Assembly (NCBI GenBank): GCA_003707115.1
Contig: PPNB01000002.1
Location: 62,001 to 126,000 of the forward strand
Direction of reading: 5' to 3'
Length of the DNA stretch: 64,000 bases
From: Tortispora ganteri
Lineage: Eukaryota
Below the pieces are notes generated by a model. It did not search any database. It was given only the letters and a program-made list of their open reading frames with translations, and was not told where the DNA came from. The translations under genes and the position numbers were made by a program. Positions 30,923 to 41,641 of the stretch are shown here, in pieces (position 1 is the first letter of the stretch; every line of letters starts with the position of its first letter).

Positions 30923-33900
30923 ATGGCTGTAGACATCCTGCAATCTCTAAAGGATGCATCGACGCTGGAAGCAGATAAGCAACCTGCTACTGTTTTCTCC
31001 ATTCTTTCTAAAACGTCTACTGGAGTTCATAACATTCTAGAAATCTTGCAACTCATCCCTGAACTCTCTTCGTTCCCTACATACTCTGTCCCTATTAACA
31101 ACCTCATAGCTGATTTGTGTGTCAATGCCGTCAAATCACAGTCTATCAAGCTTTATGTTCTAATAGAATATTTGCTAATGACACTTCAAGGCCGCTTGAA
31201 AGACAAAGATAACAAAAAAGTGGATGTGCGTCCTACTTTCCTCTCGTGTACTTCGAGATTATTTGCTAGGTACGGTCATGACATCGCATCTTTCGTCCCT
31301 TTGGCTGTCATCTGCACTACCAAAATTGCTAAACACTCATCTGTACTTCAACCAAAAGATGCAGCACTTTACGCTTTGTTAGCCATATTATCCACATCTA
31401 GTCACTCTTTTTCGCCTCAGCTCCTCAATGAAACATTCACTAGAATCAAACCTTGCGCATCAGACAAGTCTTACCTTGTTCGATCTAGATGCATCGATTG
31501 TTTTACTCAAATTGTCTCTATTTTAAACCACACAACTGCATCAGCCAATTCTGAGCCTGCTGCTAATGAAGCTCCCCAACTCGCTATAGACCTTAATTCT
31601 GTTATATCACTCTGCTGGAAATGCGCCGCAATAGACTCATCTACTCTGAAAAGATCTACCGCCAAGTGTTTAGCTTCTGCTTTGAGCTCATCTGCTGCTC
31701 TAATAGATCCAAATCCTCTTCGGGCTACATTAGATCTACTTGGAGATGCTTATCTCAAATCCAATGCTGACGAATCCACTCGGACTACTGTAATCGCAGC
31801 TTATTACGAGCTTTTCCTGCTTCTTGGTTCTCGACAGTTTTTCCAAAATTATACTCTCATAATTTCGCGCATTACTAGCAAAGTATTTTGTGACTCCAGG
31901 TTTATTGAGAATAAATACGCAACTGTTACTGCCTTAAACAGTTTCACTGATTTGTTCAATACGGCTGCCAAGCTACTTCTGTCCGAGTCGCAATCAATAC
32001 AGCTCTTTCAGCACTTAACCGAATATTATATTTCGTCTAATACTGTTGGACATACCAAATATGAGCTGATTCTTTTTTGCGACGTATCGCATTTTCACAT
32101 TTCTACTCTTGGAGCCGCTTTGGGTGAGACAAGCGTTGCAGCGATATCTTCATACTGTGCTTTACTAGCATATCCGTCAAGATCAGTACAAATTGCCTCT
32201 GCAAAATGTATCAATCTACTTTGCAATATTTCACCCAAAACTATCATACCTACTCAAACACTTCTTCTCGATTTACTAGAATCACAAATCAAGAAAACGC
32301 CGAATGACCACCTGTCAGTATTTGGTTACGCGTATGCTCTTATTCTACTATTATCTACGATTGAACTGAAGCCTGAATACATTGCCACTTCTTTGTGTGC
32401 TAAGATTTTTCGACTCGCTGTTACTTTGTTGAAATCTGCTTCAGAAGAGCAAGATCTAGCTACCGCTTTAACTAATAATGAGGTCTCATGGACCTTGTTT
32501 ACTGGTATAATGACTTTGGGTCCGGCTTTTGTTAAAAGCCACTTAGAAGATATGATCAATTTCTGGAGCGCTGCATTCCCTTCTAATGTGAACAAAAAGT
32601 CCTTCAGTTCTCGAAGATTCGTGGAATTAGACTACCTACTCTTTCTAAAAGAACTAATCATAACGAGCATAACGTCCTTTATTATATGCAATTCGAAAAT
32701 AATAACACAAAATGTTGCAAAGCGTCTATTTGGCTTGCTTGATAATGCATGTGACTTCTTGTCTGCCTTGCCTTTGTCTCAATCTTCAAGATCAGTCGTC
32801 AGCTTCTCTCCTGGATCAAAGAGATCGATCTTGAACTTTAAGTTGAACGTCTCTGGAGGAAATGTGGAAGAAGCAGTTGAAGCAAGAATCCCCTTTTCGT
32901 CTTCTTTGGATTATTTTGACTACAAGATATTACTTTCTCGTCGAGTGTTTCAATGTTATACTCTGCTTTTTAGAATCGGACACAGCCACACTCTTCATCA
33001 AGCCAACCTTCTGACAGCTTGTATGAATATATTTGCTGATCCTAACTTGTATCCTCTGATGTCTTCTGCTATATTGGATAATAAATTGAGCACGCTGGAT
33101 ATGAGCGACAGTCAGGCTGGTCGATATCTTTCATCAGCTCAGAGTTCTAGCTCAGTTCCTTTAGCAATTCGTGACAACTGCGCTGCAGGCATTACTTCCA
33201 TGTACTCCAAGGAAAACATTGAGCGAATAGTTACAAATGATGTCACTATGGACAACTTTGTCCCACGCACCCCTGAAGATGGATTGTTAAGCCAGTTGGA
33301 CGACAATATCACTTACCCACTCGGAAAATTTCACGGGCATGATGCATTTAACTTCATATTGATGCGTCAAGCACTCGAAGGTGTGTCAGATGAATCTAAA
33401 TTTTTTAAGGATATTATATCTGCTAATGATATGCACGTCTGTTACATATTGCACCAGTCACCGCTACCTGTATCGGCTTCTTTGGCAACATCTGCTATGG
33501 AGCTGTTCTCTTATGTCTTTTCAGAACAGACGCCAAAAATTCAGGAAAGCATGCTTCAGGATATCCTTACTTTTATTTCGCCTAAAAGTACTAATAATGC
33601 TTCTGGACTTGCAGGCGCGCGTCAACAAGCTGTCATCGTGAATTCCGTCTTTGAAATCTGGCTTATATTGCGCATAATTATGGAAGGGAATGGTTTAAGA
33701 GTAACGGAAAACTACTTTAAAGAAACGCCGCATATTGCCAAGTCTATGATCGACATTCTACTCATTGGATTGAAAAGCCCTTTATCTAAGGTTCGTGATG
33801 TTTCCAGCTCCTGCATTGGAATAATTTGTCTAATGAGTGAAGATTTAGTAGCACAAAATATCAAAATGCTGATTGATCAAATTGTTAATGATAGAACTCC

Positions 33901-36900
33901 TGAAGCTCGTGCTGGAGCAGCTTTAGCTCTTAGTTCTATCTATTCAAATTTGGGCAGCCTCCAAGGAAGTGCACATTTCAAGTCAATTTTTAGTATTATG
34001 TCACTTCTTGCAGCTGACTCGCATCCTGAAGTTAGCTATTGGGCTCTTATTGCGCTAGGGCGTATCATAGATGCTGCTAGTGTACTGTTTGGCCAGTTTG
34101 TAAAGCCAACGAATACCCTACTTCTTAAGGTATACGCCAGTCCACTTGAATTGAGCCCCAAAAGTTATCCAGGAAATTCAAATATACAGCTAGACTTACC
34201 GATTTCTGCAGCCATAGCAAGCTGTTTCTCTTCCCTGATTTTGGCTCTAGGCCCAGACTTAGCTATGTCATCGTCGTTGCTGCAATCTATTACTAGCCTT
34301 TGCATCAATATAGAAAATTATGACTTGAGAGGAAATCAGACTGTTTTTCAAATACTCAAGTGCTGGCAAACCCTTACTCTCTTTGCACCTAAGGCTATCG
34401 ACACAAAATATGTTTTAAACCTTTTGTTTAGCCACGCATCGGGTATTCTAAACGATTTTTCTCATCGATGTCAAGCTCTCGCTTTATCTATAATTGAAAG
34501 ACTTTCTCGTGGTGATATCGCGGATCTAATACGTTCTACCTATGATAGTTCAGAACTTCTTAACCAACTCATTGAATTTTTGTGGAGACTTTATGACCAG
34601 GATCCGTATTCAGCTACTCTAAGAGATATAATCACAACTTGGGCCGTTGCTTCTACTGCTAAGGATACTTGCTCTTGGATTCAGGACATCAGAAGAATTA
34701 TAAATCTGCAGTTTGTAAGCGGCCCTATGCTTTATCAGGTATCACCTTCAGTGTTTCCTGACTCTTATATCTATGCACCAGTGGAAGAACAAGACACCAA
34801 ATCTGTTCAAGCTATATTAGAACTTGGTGATGATGAAAGTAAAACATTAGAGACTGAAAGTGGAACTGGACAGCAAGGTGGCGACGATGGAGAAAGTATT
34901 GAAGCAGGTGGCCCATCTGCAAGTGGCAATAACATTTTGCGTTGGCAGACACGTTCATTGGCCATTTTTGCACTGCGAATAAGCCTTGAATATAAATTTG
35001 AAGATATTCCAGCGCGTGACTCGTCTTCTTACATCAAGATTGAAGACCTTCCTTCCTCTATAAGTGCTATCGTTCCCTATGTTGGTGAGATAGTGAGGCT
35101 AGCTTTCTTAGCAGCCACTGGTAGTGTCACTAATGCGCGAATGGTCGGAATATACTTACTTGACGATATTCTTAAAATGTTTGGATCTATTGCAGATCCT
35201 GAATTTTCTGAAATTGCATTACTAGAGCAATTTCAGGCTCAAATTGCAGCAGGTTTGAACCCGGCGTTTGAAGAGAAATCATCACCGGAGCTTGTCGCTG
35301 AAGCTATTAAGGTATGTGCCGATTTTGTGGGTTCACGTATTGTGAAAGACACTAAGCAGATGCCAAGAGTTGTTAAATTACTTGAGAACTCATTACAAGG
35401 ATACAGTAAAAGGTTACATAACTCCGATTATGACAGTGAAGATGATAGCGAACTTACTATTGGATCTTACATTCCTAGCTCTGAGAATGAAGAGGTTATG
35501 TTAACACATGCAATTGGGCGAGCATGGGCTGCTCTGTATTTATCTTCCATTGAAAATCAATATTGCCGTCCGCTGATTGATGATAATATTGAGAGCTTGT
35601 GCTGCATTTGGTTTGAATCATTGGCTAACTTGGCTCTACTTAGGTTTGAACCCGAGTCAGAGTTAGAAATTTCTATGATACCAGGTACTGAAACAGATAT
35701 TAAGTATCATGGGGTTCGCAGATTAGGCCGTTCTAAATACTTTGCTGATGGATGGTGGCTGATACTGTATGTTTTCACCGAGGAACTTGTGCAGAATACT
35801 GATGACGTGATGAATTATTTACAATTGAATAGCAAAAGGATTTCTTTTGACATAAAACACAAATCTGCTATATTCTATACGCTCTTGGGAATCATATACG
35901 AAGGACTTATCTGTAATTCGTCTATGGCTACCCGTCATGGCTCATACGGGCAAATTTTAAGTGCGTCTGCTGCCAGCAATGCTAAACGAGCTCAAGTTCT
36001 ATCCAATTCATTGAGACATGATGACATGTTGCTCAATGACAATGAAATGTGTTTATTACTATCCGGGTTGAGTAATATATTATCAAATAAACTGTGCCCT
36101 CATGATATCTTTGGTGAGCAAACATTTTATGAACTTGTTGAAGCTCTGGAAAGGCTTGTTCTTACCAATAGGAGTGTATCAGAATACAAAGAGACCCTTA
36201 AATGTATTGTCATGTTGATAAAATCAGGATCCGATATGAAATCTGATCAACTGAACATTCTACTTCAAATTCCAGTTCTTGTTATTGACCGCCTGCTCCC
36301 GTTTGATTCTCAAAATAATAGCAGAAGATCGCTCAACGACTACACGGAGAAAGAACAAGATCTGCTTATTTTTGCACTGAATACGTTGCTTGAAGGCGTG
36401 AAGAAACTCGTAGACAGTGCTAAGAGCGATATGTTGCTAACTCTTGTTGATTTATGGGAAGATTTAGCGGCTAATATTAATGAAGCCAGTGTTGCAAGAT
36501 CTCTAGTCATTCTCAGAGATATTCTTAAGACGATAAGAGAGTACATTGCAGAACACGATGATTTAAATGCAAGTTTACTGGTCTCAAAGTTGATCTTTTA
36601 CCGAAAATCTGTGATTTCTAATTTGGACTTGCTAGTTCAGAGCCATGGAGATGATTACCTCGAAGAAAGCTCGTCATTGCGTATTCAGTTAATGAAGTTA
36701 GGGATAATTATCAGTAACACCGAATCTTACATCCCGCTAACTTCTGATGAATGCGAAGAGTTTGTACGAATATCATTACAGATTCTGTTCTTGAATGGAG
36801 AGATCAGCCAAATTTGTTTGAATATGCTGAAACGGCTTATCAATGAGACTATGAACCACGACCTGTTACAACCGTTAATTGAAAATCTAAGTCGAGCGAT

Positions 36901-37165
36901 AGTTCAGAAAAAGGAAAATTCAGGCAAGGCAGGTATTTTGATATTGATATTTGCTAGAAAAGCCAGGTCAGATGTTAGCAATTTCAGCTTATTGCTACGG
37001 CTCACACTACCATTATGCGCTGGTATTGACGAAGAACTATATGATCTAGCGAGACCAGAACTAATTAATATAGCAACTAGTGATCCTGCTGTATTTAAAG
37101 CCGTTATTGACGAATTGTCACCTAACGAGCAACTTGAACTCCGAAGAATTATGACGCAAGCTTAG
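30923..37165 (+). CDS. LAA1: HEAT-repeat AP-1 accessory protein (Laa1/HEATR5 family)
   Basis: About 2080-aa HEAT-type ORF with LIDQIVNDRTPEARAGAALAL, LRWQTR and LLEQFQAQI..LNPAF. The start is either 30845 (track) or 30923 (MAVDIL). Confidence 0.88.
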   Translation: MAVDILQSLKDASTLEADKQPATVFSILSKTSTGVHNILEILQLIPELSSFPTYSVPINNLIADLCVNAVKSQSIKLYVLIEYLLMTLQGRLKDKDNKKVDVRPTFLSCTSRLFARYGHDIASFVPLAVICTTKIAKHSSVLQPKDAALYALLAILSTSSHSFSPQLLNETFTRIKPCASDKSYLVRSRCIDCFTQIVSILNHTTASANSEPAANEAPQLAIDLNSVISLCWKCAAIDSSTLKRSTAKCLASALSSSAALIDPNPLRATLDLLGDAYLKSNADESTRTTVIAAYYELFLLLGSRQFFQNYTLIISRITSKVFCDSRFIENKYATVTALNSFTDLFNTAAKLLLSESQSIQLFQHLTEYYISSNTVGHTKYELILFCDVSHFHISTLGAALGETSVAAISSYCALLAYPSRSVQIASAKCINLLCNISPKTIIPTQTLLLDLLESQIKKTPNDHLSVFGYAYALILLLSTIELKPEYIATSLCAKIFRLAVTLLKSASEEQDLATALTNNEVSWTLFTGIMTLGPAFVKSHLEDMINFWSAAFPSNVNKKSFSSRRFVELDYLLFLKELIITSITSFIICNSKIITQNVAKRLFGLLDNACDFLSALPLSQSSRSVVSFSPGSKRSILNFKLNVSGGNVEEAVEARIPFSSSLDYFDYKILLSRRVFQCYTLLFRIGHSHTLHQANLLTACMNIFADPNLYPLMSSAILDNKLSTLDMSDSQAGRYLSSAQSSSSVPLAIRDNCAAGITSMYSKENIERIVTNDVTMDNFVPRTPEDGLLSQLDDNITYPLGKFHGHDAFNFILMRQALEGVSDESKFFKDIISANDMHVCYILHQSPLPVSASLATSAMELFSYVFSEQTPKIQESMLQDILTFISPKSTNNASGLAGARQQAVIVNSVFEIWLILRIIMEGNGLRVTENYFKETPHIAKSMIDILLIGLKSPLSKVRDVSSSCIGIICLMSEDLVAQNIKMLIDQIVNDRTPEARAGAALALSSIYSNLGSLQGSAHFKSIFSIMSLLAADSHPEVSYWALIALGRIIDAASVLFGQFVKPTNTLLLKVYASPLELSPKSYPGNSNIQLDLPISAAIASCFSSLILALGPDLAMSSSLLQSITSLCINIENYDLRGNQTVFQILKCWQTLTLFAPKAIDTKYVLNLLFSHASGILNDFSHRCQALALSIIERLSRGDIADLIRSTYDSSELLNQLIEFLWRLYDQDPYSATLRDIITTWAVASTAKDTCSWIQDIRRIINLQFVSGPMLYQVSPSVFPDSYIYAPVEEQDTKSVQAILELGDDESKTLETESGTGQQGGDDGESIEAGGPSASGNNILRWQTRSLAIFALRISLEYKFEDIPARDSSSYIKIEDLPSSISAIVPYVGEIVRLAFLAATGSVTNARMVGIYLLDDILKMFGSIADPEFSEIALLEQFQAQIAAGLNPAFEEKSSPELVAEAIKVCADFVGSRIVKDTKQMPRVVKLLENSLQGYSKRLHNSDYDSEDDSELTIGSYIPSSENEEVMLTHAIGRAWAALYLSSIENQYCRPLIDDNIESLCCIWFESLANLALLRFEPESELEISMIPGTETDIKYHGVRRLGRSKYFADGWWLILYVFTEELVQNTDDVMNYLQLNSKRISFDIKHKSAIFYTLLGIIYEGLICNSSMATRHGSYGQILSASAASNAKRAQVLSNSLRHDDMLLNDNEMCLLLSGLSNILSNKLCPHDIFGEQTFYELVEALERLVLTNRSVSEYKETLKCIVMLIKSGSDMKSDQLNILLQIPVLVIDRLLPFDSQNNSRRSLNDYTEKEQDLLIFALNTLLEGVKKLVDSAKSDMLLTLVDLWEDLAANINEASVARSLVILRDILKTIREYIAEHDDLNASLLVSKLIFYRKSVISNLDLLVQSHGDDYLEESSSLRIQLMKLGIIISNTESYIPLTSDECEEFVRISLQILFLNGEISQICLNMLKRLINETMNHDLLQPLIENLSRAIVQKKENSGKAGILILIFARKARSDVSNFSLLLRLTLPLCAGIDEELYDLARPELINIATSDPAVFKAVIDELSPNEQLELRRIMTQA

Positions 37166-37293
37166 AATATTTGAATAAAATAATGCTGCTTATGGCCTTA
37201 GGTATTTTTAGTTAAGACATACATCTCTCCCAAAAGGATCCTATCTCCTTTTCTCCAAAAGAAAACACTTTTACTAGTAAACAAACGACTCAA

Positions 37294-37728
37294 ATGTCTT
37301 ACAATGGAATAGGTCTTTCTACACCAAGAGGAAGCGGGACAAGCGGGTATGTGCAAAAAAATAAATCTGATCTACAAGCATCGGCTCGAAAGAAAAGTCG
37401 TGAAAGAAAACAGGAATTCAAGATAGTAGATAGAAGTATAAGCGACCATGAACGAAAGAGAAGAATTGAAATAAAATGTCTTGAACTAAGAGATTCCCTT
37501 GAGACTCAAGGCCTGGATGAATCTGAAATCGATTCAAAGGTAGATTTACTTCGTAAAGCTCTAGAGAAATCTGACCCACCTTTGAATCAAGGCAAACAAG
37601 CCAAAATTCAAAACGTATCCAGAGACCGATCTAAATCTCCAGGATCAGATTCAAGCACCTCATACAGAAAAAGGACTACCAAAAATGAAAGAACTAATGA
37701 GTCATATGAAATTACTTTAGATTATTGA
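37294..37728 (+). CDS. CWC21: Pre-mRNA splicing factor Cwc21
   Basis: Diagnostic MSYNGIGLSTPRGSGTSGYVQKN start and HERKRRIEIKCLELRDSLE cwf21 domain. Confidence 0.95.
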   Translation: MSYNGIGLSTPRGSGTSGYVQKNKSDLQASARKKSRERKQEFKIVDRSISDHERKRRIEIKCLELRDSLETQGLDESEIDSKVDLLRKALEKSDPPLNQGKQAKIQNVSRDRSKSPGSDSSTSYRKRTTKNERTNESYEITLDY

Positions 37729-37818
37729 TGCGCTAAATGTACCATATTCGCGTTGGTGCAGAGAGATAGTATATACACATTCAGAAAACGCCAAACTACG
37801 TTGGCGCTCAAATGAAAC

Positions 37819-38203
37819 TCACTGCGGAGAAGATTGGACTGGATCAACTAAAATACCTTTTGACTTCAGAATAGCCAATTGTTTAGCTTCGAGTTCCTCT
37901 AATTCTTTTAACTTTTGCTCTTGCAGTTCTCTGCGTTTTTTATGCTCTTCTTTCATTCTCGCAAGTTCTGACTTAACATCCTCAAACTCATGTGGAGGAT
38001 AATTTAATGTCTCCGGAGCTGGCCAGAAGTCTCTAATTCCGAATCGTTTCTCAGGATCAACTCCTGCATAATACATCGCCCCGATAGGTATTATAGTGTA
38101 TACTGCCATCTAAAATGGTATGTTAGCACTTGAAGCATTCTGTTACACAATGCATACTTACTTTGAAAACTTCAACATTGGACCTGCTCATTCGAGATAT
38201 CAT
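37819..38203 (-). CDS. PET100: Cytochrome c oxidase assembly factor Pet100; two exons (38162-38203, 37819-38109)
   Basis: A 52-nt intron (38110-38161; GTAAGT...TGCTAAC...TAG) joins MISRMSRSNVEVFK to MAVYTIIPIGAMYY...FWP, matching the Pet100 EVFK..Y..PI..MYY pattern. Confidence 0.85.
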
Positions 38204-39383
38204 ATCGCGAAACATTTTACACAAACGTATAGAGAAATTATTCTCCTATGCAGCAAAAAAATTAGGCGGAGTGGGTGGTAAGTATTGTAAATGGTGAGAT
38301 TTTACTGGATGATTCTCCCAAAGTGTAATTGACTCCCGCCACAAATGAGGAAAGAAATCGGCACAGCGTGAAAAGGTCTGTCACACATCTTCATGGTCAT
38401 AATATCATGATTTCTATCCGGATTCGGATAATGAAAGCATTTCTAGAGATAAGCAGCAATATTTTATGTTTATCGAAGGACTATCATCGAGACTCTTCCT
38501 AAGGTTGAGATCATGCGAGTATAATGTTTAGAGTTGGATCCTATAGCTAAGCTGATCCGCTCTACACCTACGAACTAGCGATAATTACTGCTAGCGGAAA
38601 CAATAATACTGGATCTTCCAATGAATTAAGACTCTGCGGTAAATGTCGAAAGAAGACTGATTAAGAATTCTTGACTATTTCATTATCAATGGTAGCTATC
38701 GAGAGCGCGTCTAATCTAGCAAGCAAGATTTGGTATTGTTTCCACTTTCTGTTGCAACATAATTGACAAGTTCTCTGACAAAATGGACGGTGTGGGGTTT
38801 TTTATGGTACCTGATTGAATGTGGCAATCAACATTGTCCAAGGTCTCGCGTTCAGTTGTTGGCTTAAACGCTTCAAGATCAAGATCGCTGATCTTGGGTT
38901 GTTTGACTTCACGATCAGAAACTAGTTCCGAAGATATTTTCTGTAAAGCACATTAGAAACAACTTGTTGACTTTTCGAGAGACGGTTCGCGTGTCCAAAA
39001 GAAGAAATAATTACTTCTTTTAACAATAAAGTTTCGTTTACATTACTACAGAGAGCTAATTGTTCTAGCCTCTAGTTCCCAAACGTCACATCTCGTTTAA
39101 GCCCTAGAGCCCATACGACAGGTCTACGCCCGTGAACTGCTTAGGGGTAAACGCTACTTTTATCAGCAAGATCATTTTTAGTTTGTGTAACCCCTTCTAT
39201 TGCGGCGCTATTTTGCCTCATATTCTAGAGCAACATTTGCTAGCAGCATACACTTTTGGTGTTGTTGCCACACCCGAGCAAACTTGCTGAATTTTCGCGC
39301 TCTTCGATCGCATGCTCATCGGTAAAAGCTCCTAAGATCTCCCAGCTCCTGACTGATCTGCTCTACGCAATCAAATATTCTCG

Positions 39384-41552
39384 ATGAGCTCCCAGCCTGA
39401 CAGTCTTCAGAAGAATAATCAGTCAGAAAGTCCTTCATATACTGAAAAAATCAGTCGGAAGAAGTATTTTCAATGTCAAAGAGTTCGAGGTGGCTATCGG
39501 AAGTCTTGTAACCTATGTCGTCATCTGAAAGTACGATGCATCTTCGAGGAAGGAATGCAGCACTGTACATTATGTTCTAAGCGCGGTTCTGCTTGTGTGA
39601 TAGAATATCGCAAAAGCCGCACCTCATCAAAAAAGCAAGCTAATGATTCTAATGTTTCTAATGTTTCTAATCCTATTCCAGATTCTTCACGACGTGCTGA
39701 CTACAATAACATTGAGCAAACCAAAGAAGAATCGATTTTTCAACCCCAAAATTCTGTCACTGACAACCAGTACTCTTATCACTCATCTGTTTCACGGAAC
39801 TCTGGCATTAATAATGGTTTTGATACCGGTAACGATATGTATATATATACCAGCAGTTTTGGTCACGATCCGAAGGTAGCAGCTAGGATGGCACAGTTGT
39901 ACGATGGGCGCATTGATGTTGGACTATCTTCTAATGTAATGAATACTGTAGGTCGCCGAAAATTGCCTTTTGGAACAGTACCTCCTTATCCTCGTGACAG
40001 CTCTCTGCACCCTATCTTCAGTAATGCAGATCTACCTATTTGGCCGAGTTATCTGGTAGAATGGATTAACAAGTATGGGACGATGCTGCTAGGAACCTTC
40101 TTCAAAGTTGTCAACCCTCATTTGCCGATTATTTGCCGCTCGGAATTTGATCTACTTTACGCACATAAGCGAGTTTCTGCCACACTACTAATATCTCTCT
40201 TTGCTGCAGCCGTCAGTTATTGCCCTGATATCCCTGTCGACCAGAGATTTATACTTCGCCGTGATTTTATTAACGCTCTTATGAGAGATCACTTGCATTC
40301 TTTGAGCTTGCATAACCTGGATAATATACAAGCACTTACGTTAGCCGCTTCTGCATTTCACGATCGTGCCTCAGGGAGTCTTCTGTTCATGGCTTTGTCT
40401 ATGGCTGATGCTCTTAAGTTGTTCATAAATCCTGAAAACCTCCGACTTGATGAATATGGTCGAGCGACTCGCAAATGCATAACTTCTTCACTAAAGGTTC
40501 TTGCTGAAATATATATCGCGATATATTGTGAAAAACCCATAATCAATGTGGACTATATTTGCCCCGTTGCTCCTTCTCTACAAGACATTATACTTGTGAT
40601 ATCTAATGAACGATGTTCAAATGTTACAGCTCCAAACATCCAACCGCAAGCTATAGAAGCTGCAAAGGCGCATATATATTATGTGAAATTAGGCAAATTC
40701 TGGTATTGGTGTCTCCAGAATTCTACTCCAACAAACTATCTGGCTTTCTCCTATAGTTCTGCTTCTGATCCATCAGAGATCGACAAAGCGCGCAGATTGC
40801 AACTTGAACGTGACCAACACCTACAGGAATTGAATTCAATACTAAGTACTATTCAGGTAGGCAGTATGGATTGGGCATTTGGTCGATTGAATTTGGCGAT
40901 GTCCAAGCTTATTGGTCTAGGAAGATTTGGAAAGTATGAATCGAATGACCCTGTACATGATTTCATCTCTCCTGAATATGCTGAGGCCTATATTTCGTCT
41001 GTGTTTTTTATGATCGAGTCTTACAACACTATATTGTCTTACCCCGTGGAAGAAATGGACTGGTGGCCGCCTTCTACAGTTTACACATGGAAATCACTTC
41101 TTGCGGCGTTTGCTAGTACATATGAGAATTTTCCCACACTGACATGCCGTACATCATTTGCGGAATATGAATCAACAATGCTCTCATTTCTATCCAAAGA
41201 TGTTCCCTGGAAGTTTGAATATGGTGTTAAGATCGATCGTAAAAATCCTATTGAACATTTTCGCGATTTCATTATCGGAAAGGCCAAGATTGTACTTCCA
41301 GATGGTGACATTATTTATCCTAGTAATGCTGCAAATCCGTCCAAAAATATCATAGTAGATAAACTAGGAAGGAGTTTATCGAAATTAGGATCTGTGGAGG
41401 AAATCACAAGCACTGACATCACTCCCGATGAGAGCGGTCCTCGAGGTCCTGTGCATGATGTTCAAAACTCGGACATTGAAAAAGTGTGGAATGATATGCT
41501 TTACTTCCCAGGTAGTGATACACTTGATTTTGAGAGCTTGTTTGCACCCTAA
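39384..41552 (+). CDS. Zn(II)2Cys6 transcription factor with fungal-specific TF middle domain
   Basis: CNLCRHLKVRC-x7-CTLCSKRGSAC cluster; FFKVVNPHLPIICRSEF middle-homology region. Confidence 0.92.
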   Translation: MSSQPDSLQKNNQSESPSYTEKISRKKYFQCQRVRGGYRKSCNLCRHLKVRCIFEEGMQHCTLCSKRGSACVIEYRKSRTSSKKQANDSNVSNVSNPIPDSSRRADYNNIEQTKEESIFQPQNSVTDNQYSYHSSVSRNSGINNGFDTGNDMYIYTSSFGHDPKVAARMAQLYDGRIDVGLSSNVMNTVGRRKLPFGTVPPYPRDSSLHPIFSNADLPIWPSYLVEWINKYGTMLLGTFFKVVNPHLPIICRSEFDLLYAHKRVSATLLISLFAAAVSYCPDIPVDQRFILRRDFINALMRDHLHSLSLHNLDNIQALTLAASAFHDRASGSLLFMALSMADALKLFINPENLRLDEYGRATRKCITSSLKVLAEIYIAIYCEKPIINVDYICPVAPSLQDIILVISNERCSNVTAPNIQPQAIEAAKAHIYYVKLGKFWYWCLQNSTPTNYLAFSYSSASDPSEIDKARRLQLERDQHLQELNSILSTIQVGSMDWAFGRLNLAMSKLIGLGRFGKYESNDPVHDFISPEYAEAYISSVFFMIESYNTILSYPVEEMDWWPPSTVYTWKSLLAAFASTYENFPTLTCRTSFAEYESTMLSFLSKDVPWKFEYGVKIDRKNPIEHFRDFIIGKAKIVLPDGDIIYPSNAANPSKNIIVDKLGRSLSKLGSVEEITSTDITPDESGPRGPVHDVQNSDIEKVWNDMLYFPGSDTLDFESLFAP

Positions 41553-41641
41553 TACTAATTTCTCTATCCATAAAGCCGTTAGGTGATTTTATATGCATAA
41601 GAATTGGTTTTATTTTGAGTCATTGATATTGGTGTTAGCAT

